DNA from: Verrucomicrobiota bacterium
GTDB lineage: Bacteria; Verrucomicrobiota; Verrucomicrobiia; Limisphaerales; Palsa-1400
Length of the DNA stretch: 64,000 bases
Assembly (NCBI GenBank): GCA_050014435.1
Contig: JBEKDI010000008.1
Coordinates: forward strand, 13,458 to 77,457
Direction of reading: 5' to 3'
Within the stretch, counting starts at the first letter, position 1, and the number at the start of each line of letters is the position of its first letter. The notes under the pieces were generated by a model. That model had not been told where the DNA came from and searched no databases. It worked only from the letters and a program-made list of their open reading frames with translations. The position numbers and the translations under genes are program-made. This document shows positions 55,695-62,882 of the stretch, one piece after another.

Positions 55695-56417
55695 TTACGT
55701 CCACCTTACAATCCTCATGCCTTCTCCATCTCTGAAAGTGCCGGTAATTATTTGGACGAGATCGACGATTAGCAAAATGGCCAAAGAAATCCCGAATACC
55801 GCCGGTATGGGACGGAGCATGTCGCTAGTTCGTCTTTGGTTGACCGCATCCTTGATTGCTTGGACATCAGACGGCGACAGATTTACAGGATATGCGGCTC
55901 CTTCGTAGATTCTTTTTATTTCTAAAGCACCACGCAAATCTATTTCATACAGTTCATATCCTTGTTCACCATGCGAAATCCTAAAGTTTTCACGAATCCT
56001 CTCAGGGTCTGTGTTAAAGTAACTTTCATTGTATGCAACATGAGCGTCTGATTCCTCCCGCCAGATTGTTGTACAAATGAAGAATCCGATCACGGCCACG
56101 TACACGATACCCCACCGCCAGCGCCGGGCATAAAAGGCATGGGCACCGAAAGTGCCAAAAAGCAGGCAAAGCAAGAATGCCGGAAGAATTCGCCTATCAG
56201 TTTCCAAGCATGGCTCTTGAGGCGGTGGCCGTGCGGGGCGTGCAGGGGGCGGAATCGGCGGCGGGACTGGCACGGAAGCCGTGCAGTAAAGCCGAGTGGT
56301 TTGGCCGCATGTCGGACATTGAATTTCTGTCCCCACACCTTCGGCGGGGAATTCTAAATTCTGCCCACAGGAATCGCACTTGCAGGTCAAATATTTGACT
56401 TCATCGCTCATGGGCAT
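55695..56417 (-). CDS. Zn-ribbon + Pro-rich linker + TM2/NINE domain membrane protein
   Basis: CDSC...CPTC; AFLLCLLFGTFGAHAFY and DLVQIITGTFRDGEG (TM2-family hallmarks). Confidence 0.8.
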   Translation of the reverse strand: MPMSDEVKYLTCKCDSCGQNLEFPAEGVGTEIQCPTCGQTTRLYCTASVPVPPPIPPPARPARPPPQEPCLETDRRILPAFLLCLLFGTFGAHAFYARRWRWGIVYVAVIGFFICTTIWREESDAHVAYNESYFNTDPERIRENFRISHGEQGYELYEIDLRGALEIKRIYEGAAYPVNLSPSDVQAIKDAVNQRRTSDMLRPIPAVFGISLAILLIVDLVQIITGTFRDGEGMRIVRWT

Positions 56418-57003
56418 TTTCCCTTTGCCGTTTTGGTTGGCTCTTATTTTCCCGTTTTTCCAGGCGGGAACGCTGGTGCAAGTCAAAGCCTTCCCGGATG
56501 GTTGTTTCAACTTCTTCCCCCGTCATGGTTTTGCGCCTCAGTAGTTCCTCAGCCAAATATTGAATGACAAACCAGTGCATCGGGCATTCGATCAGGTTTC
56601 TTGCTTTCGCTTCGAGGTATCGGATGACGTGCGGCAGTTCGCCTGTTGAATGTAATGTAAAAAGAATGTCCGCGATAGCATTCCGATCACTGACCGCATG
56701 ATAACTCCGCACACTGCTTTGCCGATAGCGCCGCTGTGCGGCCTGCCCGGCGAGCAGAGACACAACATGGTCATGGAAGCGCCCGATGCGCGCGCCGCTT
56801 GGACTCGTGTGTTCCAACGAGCGGAAAGGCAAGCCGGTTTTCGTTAAAACATGGCCCGCACTGTTGTCCTTCTTGTTCGCAACAATGCTGGCCCTTTTGA
56901 CTCGGAAATTGAAATGCCAGTCGGCGAAAGCGTGACCGGCTTCGTGGTAGGCTGTGGCCTGTTCATTTTCCATAAGGTCGTCAAGGGTTATTTTTTCAGG
57001 CAC
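56401..57003 (-). CDS. Stand-alone peptidase M41 (FtsH protease)-like domain protein
   Basis: TAYHEAGHA, LLAGQAAQ, SDR, LAEELLRRKTMTGEEV; no AAA domain. Confidence 0.78.
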   Translation of the reverse strand: MPEKITLDDLMENEQATAYHEAGHAFADWHFNFRVKRASIVANKKDNSAGHVLTKTGLPFRSLEHTSPSGARIGRFHDHVVSLLAGQAAQRRYRQSSVRSYHAVSDRNAIADILFTLHSTGELPHVIRYLEAKARNLIECPMHWFVIQYLAEELLRRKTMTGEEVETTIREGFDLHQRSRLEKRENKSQPKRQRENAHER

Positions 57004-57386
57004 ATAATCGTCCCGGCGAGGAAGAACACGGCGGCTCCGCCGATGAACATAGGCGTTTGCCGATGGTCTTGATCCTCAAACTTCTGCGCCCGTTCTGCCT
57101 GTTCCATCTGCCGTTCTGTGGCCGCGCTGGCTGAGAGGTCGTTATGATTGATTATGCCGGCGGCAATAAAGCCAGCGGCGATTGCGAAGAATAAGTATTT
57201 CACGCCACCAACTTGCAGTCCTCCTGCCCTTGGAATAACCGGCGGCACTGAATTGGCTCCTTTGAGCACCACTTGATACCCACAAGTGGGACAGGCACTC
57301 TGATGGAAAACTATTTCGGCGGGGAACTCCAAAGTCTGCCCGCAGTGACCGCAGGTGCAGGTCAAAAATTCCTGTGGCTCATTCAT
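56988..57386 (-). CDS. Zn-ribbon protein with two TM helices
   Basis: CGHCGQTLEFPAE...CPTCG followed by two hydrophobic segments. Confidence 0.72.
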   Translation of the reverse strand: MNEPQEFLTCTCGHCGQTLEFPAEIVFHQSACPTCGYQVVLKGANSVPPVIPRAGGLQVGGVKYLFFAIAAGFIAAGIINHNDLSASAATERQMEQAERAQKFEDQDHRQTPMFIGGAAVFFLAGTIMCLKK

Positions 57387-57811
57387 TTGTCATTCCTTCC
57401 ATCTATCTCGCGCTCCAGCATTCCCGCCGGGGAGATTCCTTCGTCCTGCTCATGCTGGAGCATTTCGGCGTCGTGGTGGATCTCCTCATCAGTTTCCGTC
57501 TTCATTCCGTTAAGTTCACGATCTTTTCTACTTAATGTTTCTTCCCAGTGTTTAACACCAGCATCGTGATCGCTTCGGGCGCTATAGCTAGACCCGGAAT
57601 TCTGATAATAGTCAGGTTCGCTATGCCCCATGTTTTTGAAAAAACCACAAGAAACCATCTCGATTCCCAGCGCCGCAATGACGAAAAGAATGAAACTAAG
57701 ACCAATCTTAAATTCGACAGAAAGGGGCATCCCGGTGCCGGTCTGAACGACCGGTTGCGCGGAAGTTTGGGTGCGCTTGGACTTTAAGATGCCCTCAAAC
57801 TCATCAGCCAT
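57383..57811 (-). CDS. Hypothetical single-TM protein
   Basis: 142-aa ORF with one hydrophobic helix; ATGA overlap with the next gene. Confidence 0.6.
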   Translation of the reverse strand: MADEFEGILKSKRTQTSAQPVVQTGTGMPLSVEFKIGLSFILFVIAALGIEMVSCGFFKNMGHSEPDYYQNSGSSYSARSDHDAGVKHWEETLSRKDRELNGMKTETDEEIHHDAEMLQHEQDEGISPAGMLEREIDGRNDK

Positions 57812-58004
57812 TGATTGAGGGGCTGGTGTGGGGTGGTGGTGTGTGTCTTTGAGCGGCGTTTGCTCACCACAGGTTCGGCAGCCGGGGTTTCCGGTTGCTC
57901 GCCATTTCGGATGTTTGCATTTTTTCTTTGCATATCCATCCGATTATTCGCAAAAATGCCCCCTTGCCAACGAGTCTATAATCCGATGGACAAAAGACTC
58001 GCCT

Positions 58005-59075
58005 TCAAAGACGTTTTGAACCTCTCCGGGCCTTCGAGAGCCGGGAACGATCCGTTTCGTCCGGCGTTGTTTCGCCGTTTTCTGTGCGGTACTGCTTCAA
58101 TCGTATCAAATCAAGGAGTTCAAGTTGACGCCACGGGTAGGATTTCGTGCGATGGCCCGTTCGGGGCGTGCGTAGGACTCCCAACCGTTGCCGCTCAACG
58201 CGAATGATTTCCTTGAACTCTTTCGCCAAAGCATCGTCGCTTTGGCGCAGATCAAACGATTGGTGAGCCAGGATCGTTTCATTCGGCCACGGTTGGTGGG
58301 CAGTGCGCCAGATATAGGGAATAAGGTTGCCGTCCGGCATGGGCCAACGCTGCGCCAGTTCTTCCATCTGTTGCGGGGTCAACGCACACCAAGGCTTTCC
58401 GAACTCGAATTGCGCCTCTTTGCCGGGTTCCTTAACTCTTGCGAGCCTTTCGTACTCAAACGCGCTACGCTCAAAGCGATAACGGAAAAGCACCGAGAAT
58501 TGCCTTGCGACACGATGCTCATGTCCATTTATGGTGATGGTGTCCATCACGATGCGACTGTTCCAAAGTTCGCCGCCTTTCAACCGCCACCACCACATGA
58601 AGCCGTGTTGTCTCAAAATCGCTTTGTGTTCTTCCAACGACTTCGCCGATTCGAGCCCGACGTATGGGAATGGCGGTTCTTTTGATGCCATGAGCGAATC
58701 CCATTGGAATTCGCGGTAAGCATCCGCGAATTTTTCCGGCGATAGTCCCGCCTCTTGTTGTAACATTCTCGCCCTTTCAAGATTGGCCGCATACTGGACG
58801 ATTGCGGCGCTAGGCATCTCTGGCGGGCGCTTTCGAGATTGCTGGAAACGCTCGATCATCCCCTTGATTTCTGCATCTGAAAGGCCGTGGCCGGTCAACG
58901 ATTCTCGATATTTGTCTGCATCGGCGATTTTTGCGAATAGCCGAGCCTCCTGATAGCGGTCAACCGCCACAAAAAATTCTTTTTCACCTATATTTGACTC
59001 GCTGATAATCCTTCTCTGCTCCCTCCCGATTTCACGAATCTGTGATAGGATAGTGACGAGAGCCTCGTTTTTCAC
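58005..59075 (-). CDS. Hypothetical protein coupled to the integrase (possible DNA-binding/regulatory C-terminus)
   Basis: Long ORF; GTG start overlaps the integrase TGA; helical, charged protein. Confidence 0.68.
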   Translation of the reverse strand: MKNEALVTILSQIREIGREQRRIISESNIGEKEFFVAVDRYQEARLFAKIADADKYRESLTGHGLSDAEIKGMIERFQQSRKRPPEMPSAAIVQYAANLERARMLQQEAGLSPEKFADAYREFQWDSLMASKEPPFPYVGLESAKSLEEHKAILRQHGFMWWWRLKGGELWNSRIVMDTITINGHEHRVARQFSVLFRYRFERSAFEYERLARVKEPGKEAQFEFGKPWCALTPQQMEELAQRWPMPDGNLIPYIWRTAHQPWPNETILAHQSFDLRQSDDALAKEFKEIIRVERQRLGVLRTPRTGHRTKSYPWRQLELLDLIRLKQYRTENGETTPDETDRSRLSKARRGSKRL

Positions 59076-60373
59076 GCCGCGCTCGCTTCTGCCAATTGGA
59101 CAACGTTTGGCTTTGTTTCCGGGTTGACGGCGAACCACTTCCGGGCTTCGGCTTCGGTGACAAGCTGGCGATAGTGCTTGAAGATCATTTGCGGGGAATT
59201 GCCCGCTTCCAAGGCCACTTGCGCGGCATTTCTAATTGACGCAAGGCGGTACGAGCAAAATGAATGGCGCAAACCGTTGTGCTTCCAAACGAATTTGGCC
59301 GTGTTGCCGCGCTCACGGCGGACACGGTTCATTTCCTCAACAAGTTTTGGAATCTGGTTCCACCAGGATTCAAACCCGGTGACTTTGCCCGCCGGCTTGG
59401 CATACGGGGCAAGCCATGCGGCAAGATTGTCCGTAATGGGGGCGAGTCTGCGGGCAGCCGTCTTCGCTTTGCTCGCCTTAATTTCAATGTACCGCTCCGC
59501 CAGATTGACTTCGCTCCAATCGAGCCTTCCCAGTTCTGCGGATCGCAACCCGGCCAGACCGCCGATGGCCAGCCAAGGCACCATTTCCTCGCGGGAGGTG
59601 TTGAGGATTTCGGCGAATTCGGCAGGGGTGAAAATTTCAATTTCGCTGTTGTCGGCCTTGGCTTGCTGGACGGCTTCAACTTCTTCAATGGAATCTTTGG
59701 GCAGGTAACGCCGGGCAGAGCCAAACCGAAAGAGTGAGCCAATCGCCCGCACGTAGTTTTGCTTTGTGCGCCCGCTGGCCTTCATGGCGTCCAGCCAGGC
59801 TTGCAGCATGGAACTGGACACGCCGCCGATGTTCATTGCGAACGCATCGGCAAACCGGCCCAGACGGCTGTCCAAGTCTCGTAAATGGACTTCTGAGAGC
59901 TTGGCGGCCCGCTTGGTTGCCAGCATTTCGTCAACGACTTCCCGGACTGTGCGTTTTTCGAGAGAGGCGGGGTTGCGCTTCTTGAAAAAATCCACCGCTT
60001 CTTTAAGCGTGGCGCCTTCTGGCAGTCTTTTGACGGCGGAAACGTATTCGAGCACCGCCACATTCAAAGGCACGTCCAAGGGGCGCAAATGGGCCACCGC
60101 TTGCACATAAATGGTTCTGTCGGTGGAAGTTAGCCGGAGCACTTCATTTTCGCCGTTGGCCAGCTTTGTGGCCACCAGTTCGGCCTCGCGCTTGGCTTCG
60201 CCCATATCGGCGAAGCGCACTTTCTTGCGCTGGTTGCCATCGTAATAGACCAGGGTGAATTGAGGATAGACCTTATCGGCAACACGGTTTGCGCCGGAAT
60301 AAATTTTCACGGTGACGTTGCCGCGCTTGATTTCCACGGGTTTGTGGCGGACTGAGGTAAGCTTCGCTTTCAT
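59072..60373 (-). CDS. Tyrosine recombinase/integrase
   Basis: GLRSAE (Arg), KTAARR (Lys), HNGLRHSF (HxxR), GNS, KHY (Tyr). Confidence 0.93.
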   Translation of the reverse strand: MKAKLTSVRHKPVEIKRGNVTVKIYSGANRVADKVYPQFTLVYYDGNQRKKVRFADMGEAKREAELVATKLANGENEVLRLTSTDRTIYVQAVAHLRPLDVPLNVAVLEYVSAVKRLPEGATLKEAVDFFKKRNPASLEKRTVREVVDEMLATKRAAKLSEVHLRDLDSRLGRFADAFAMNIGGVSSSMLQAWLDAMKASGRTKQNYVRAIGSLFRFGSARRYLPKDSIEEVEAVQQAKADNSEIEIFTPAEFAEILNTSREEMVPWLAIGGLAGLRSAELGRLDWSEVNLAERYIEIKASKAKTAARRLAPITDNLAAWLAPYAKPAGKVTGFESWWNQIPKLVEEMNRVRRERGNTAKFVWKHNGLRHSFCSYRLASIRNAAQVALEAGNSPQMIFKHYRQLVTEAEARKWFAVNPETKPNVVQLAEASAA

Positions 60374-60380
60374 GCGTGAA

Positions 60381-60409
60381 ATTGTCCCTAAACTGTCCCC
60401 TAAAGTCAA
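60381..60409 (-). promoter_or_regulatory. Putative integrase promoter overlapping arm-type repeats
   Basis: TTGACT-17 nt-GACAAT-7 nt-ATG; the TGTCCC(C)TAAA repeats lie within it. Confidence 0.5.
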
Positions 60410-60436
60410 GCACTATTCGCATTCCCTCGCAAATAG

Positions 60437-60513
60437 TGGCGGGAGTGGCGGGGCTCGAACCCGTAACCTCTGCCGTGACAGGGCAGCGCTCTAACCAATT
60501 GAGCTACACCCCC
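60437..60513 (-). tRNA. tRNA-Asp (GTC)
   Basis: GGGGGTGTAGCTCAATTGGTTAGAGCGCTGCCCTGTCACGGCAGAGGTTACGGGTTCGAGCCCCGCCACTCCCGCCA: cloverleaf, anticodon GTC, encoded CCA. Confidence 0.97.
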
Positions 60514-60528
60514 GCATGGGGGAGGAAA

Positions 60529-60557
60529 ACATTATTGAAACTTTCCCCGTTCGTCAA
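60529..60557 (-). promoter_or_regulatory. Sigma70-like promoter for tRNA-Asp
   Basis: TTGACG-17 nt-TAATGT upstream of the tRNA 5' end. Confidence 0.6.
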
Positions 60558-60568
60558 TGTTCAACCTT

Positions 60569-60655
60569 AAAAGAGGCGATTCGGGCAGCAGACGCCAAGG
60601 AGGTGGGGGTGGGGAACCCCGCTGAAGAAACGTACCGCTACCCGAATCAAATCCG
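60569..60655 (-). ncRNA. Candidate small structured RNA
   Basis: Promoter TTGACT-16-TAGATT (60688-60661), 12-bp stem GATTCGGGTAGC/GCTGCCCGAATC, C-rich loop, trailing TCTTTT. Confidence 0.35.
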
Positions 60656-60800
60656 CTACTAATCTAAAGAACTGTGCGGAGAAGTCAACGCTTAAAACTA
60701 CACAAAACCAAGTTTAAAACCACCTGGCGCGCAAACCTGAAAAACACTGAAAAATCCCGTAGCACAATACTTATGACATCGGACGTTCCACCGAAAAGGT

Positions 60801-60980
60801 TTACCATGTCTGCACGGAATCAGCCTCGAAGATGTTCTCCAGCAATGCTTTATAATCCGGCTGAGCCTGGGTCAAATCCGCCACAATGGTCTGGTTTTCT
60901 TCATCACGCTTTTGCTCTGTAATGATTTCCCTCGCAAGCGCATCGTCGGGCCGGGTGAGTATGTGCAATAATAATCGCAT
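60801..60980 (-). CDS. Small DsrH/TusB-like protein
   Basis: 59 aa ending DYKALLENIFEADSVQTW; third gene of the DsrE-like triad. Confidence 0.65.
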   Translation of the reverse strand: MRLLLHILTRPDDALAREIITEQKRDEENQTIVADLTQAQPDYKALLENIFEADSVQTW

Positions 60981-60982
60981 GG

Positions 60983-61333
60983 CTAAAAACGGATGACGTA
61001 TGTTTGCGCAGCCGCGAGGGCGGCAAGTTGCGCGTCGGAGATTTCCCGGAACGGCGCGGCGGGCCGGCCCAATTCCCGCAACGCCGCGACATTTTGTTGC
61101 ACATAGACGTCCTGGCCGGATTCCGACAGAATCGGCCAATGCCGCGCGTAGCCTTCCTCCTCCAGCAACAGGCCGGGCGTTTCACCCAATGCCGCCACCG
61201 CGTCGCCGCGCAGGTACACCGTGATGTCCGCCTTCTTCCACGCGGCCACGCCCGCCGCAATGCGCACGGCTTCCGCGGGACGCGGACTGGTCCGGGGATC
61301 GCCTGTGACAATAAACAGCACACGGGATTTCAT
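60983..61333 (-). CDS. DsrE/DsrF (TusC-like) family protein
   Basis: VLFIVTGDP...EAVRIAAG...VYLRGDAV...VIRF. Confidence 0.78.
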   Translation of the reverse strand: MKSRVLFIVTGDPRTSPRPAEAVRIAAGVAAWKKADITVYLRGDAVAALGETPGLLLEEEGYARHWPILSESGQDVYVQQNVAALRELGRPAAPFREISDAQLAALAAAQTYVIRF

Positions 61334-61337
61334 GGTG

Positions 61338-61655
61338 TCAATTGAAGCTGACGAACCGGTCGGTGGCGGCGATCAGATCGCTGACCACGGCCAGGCCGGC
61401 AAAGACAGCCTTATCGTTGACAGGCAGGCCGCGGCGTTGCGCGGCGTAGGCGCAGGCATAAAGCTTGAGTCCGCGGGCGGCCAGGGCTTGCAGTTGCGGG
61501 CGGCTGACGCCGTGGACGGCGTCATCGACGCAGTAAAGATAGACATCCACCCCTTCGTTCAAGGCCGCTTCCGCCAGGCAAAGGCCGTGTTTGAAGCCGG
61601 GCTGATCGGGATGGGTGGAGAGCAGCACGCCAAGTTTTTTGCCGCGCAACGACAT
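61338..61655 (-). CDS. DsrE (TusD-like) family sulfur relay protein
   Basis: VYLYCVDDAV, LYACAYAAQRRG (active-site-like Cys), DRFVSF. Confidence 0.82.
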   Translation of the reverse strand: MSLRGKKLGVLLSTHPDQPGFKHGLCLAEAALNEGVDVYLYCVDDAVHGVSRPQLQALAARGLKLYACAYAAQRRGLPVNDKAVFAGLAVVSDLIAATDRFVSFN

Positions 61656-61759
61656 GATGAGAGGGTAGGCTGGCCGCGCCTGCCTGTCAAAGGGCGCCTG
61701 CACAAATCCCGCACAGGGTTTTGCTTTACGGGGGGCCTCCCCTGCCCTAGTCTCGGCTG

Positions 61760-62860
61760 ATGGTCTTACTGGAATCAAACAAGCTTTTTTGTGATCTTGG
61801 GCGGGCCGATCTGGAAAGGCTGCGTGAGGTGACCCGTGAGCTGAACTTCGCCGCCAATCAAATCATTTTCAAGGAAGGCGACGCCGGGGACGGGGTTTAT
61901 TTTGTCAAGGATGGGCTGGTGCAAATTCAGGCGGTGATGGCACACGGCGAATCGAAGGCGCTGGGCCGCATCCCGCCCGGCGAACTTTTTGGCGAGATGG
62001 CGGTGTTGGACAATCAACCACGGTCGGCCACCGCGATGGCGGAGGAACCCACCACGGTCTATTTCATCGGACGGGGCGAGTTGGATCAGCTTCTGGACCA
62101 CACGCCCATGCTGGCCGCAGTCCTGGTGCGCGAAGTCAGCCTGCGTTTGCGCCAATTCACCCGGCAATACGTCCGCGAAGTGCTGGAGGCGGAACGGCTG
62201 GGCCTGGTCGGGCGCTTTGCCAGTTCCATCGTGCATGATCTCAAGAATCCGCTCAATATCATCGGCATCTCGGCTGACATGGCCGCGATGCCGACCGCCA
62301 CGCCGGAGTCGCGCCAGACTTCGACGGTCCGGATCCGCAAACAAGTCGAACGCATCAGCATCATGGTCAACGAGCTGCTCGAGTTTACGCAAGGCTCGCA
62401 TACCAACGTCGTCATGGCGTTGATCGGTTACAAATCGTACGTTGAACAGCTTATCGACGAAATCCGGCCCGAGATCGCCATAAAATCGGTCACGCTCGAG
62501 TACCTGAATCCGCCCCCGTCCGTGGTGGTGCGCATCGATCCCCAGCGCCTCTCCCGCGTCTTTCATAATTTGATCGCCAACGCGGCGGATGCCATGACAA
62601 CAGGCGGCACGGTCAAGTTGAGTTTTTGCGTAAACGAGAAGGAAATAATCACGCGTTTGCAAGACACGGGCAAGGGCATCGCGCCGGAGATCATGGACCG
62701 CCTTTTCCAGGCCTTCGCCACTTATGGCAAATCCAACGGCACCGGCTTGGGCCTCTCCATTTGCAAAAAGATCGTGCATGATCATCACGGGCGGATGCAG
62801 GCGCGCAACGTGCCGGGGGGCGGGGCGCTCTTTGAATTCTCACTGCCCCTCCCCACTTGA
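61760..62860 (+). CDS. Sensor histidine kinase with N-terminal cyclic nucleotide-binding domain
   Basis: FGEMAVLDNQPRSATA (cNMP), HDLKNPL (H box), NLIANA, DTGKGI, GTGLGL. Confidence 0.93.
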   Translation: MVLLESNKLFCDLGRADLERLREVTRELNFAANQIIFKEGDAGDGVYFVKDGLVQIQAVMAHGESKALGRIPPGELFGEMAVLDNQPRSATAMAEEPTTVYFIGRGELDQLLDHTPMLAAVLVREVSLRLRQFTRQYVREVLEAERLGLVGRFASSIVHDLKNPLNIIGISADMAAMPTATPESRQTSTVRIRKQVERISIMVNELLEFTQGSHTNVVMALIGYKSYVEQLIDEIRPEIAIKSVTLEYLNPPPSVVVRIDPQRLSRVFHNLIANAADAMTTGGTVKLSFCVNEKEIITRLQDTGKGIAPEIMDRLFQAFATYGKSNGTGLGLSICKKIVHDHHGRMQARNVPGGGALFEFSLPLPT

Positions 62861-62882
62861 GAGAAGCCGTTGCGGAGTTGCA

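Larger units (their letters stand above)
55233..60463 (-). mobile_element. ~5.2 kb integrative element in the 3' end of tRNA-Asp
   Basis: Exact 27-bp direct repeat at 55233-55259 and 60437-60463; tyrosine integrase next to the tRNA; cargo of hypothetical genes. Confidence 0.92.

Noticed and set aside
55545-57392. Diversity-generating retroelement TR/VR pair for the Zn-ribbon repeats
   Set aside because: Differences are not adenine-specific, they include an indel, and there is no reverse transcriptase in the window.
55233-60463. Prophage or ICE
   Set aside because: Too small, with no capsid, terminase, relaxase or T4SS genes.
60801-61655. Evidence for dissimilatory sulfur oxidation
   Set aside because: No dsrAB/dsrC or sox genes in the window; DsrE-fold proteins are widespread.
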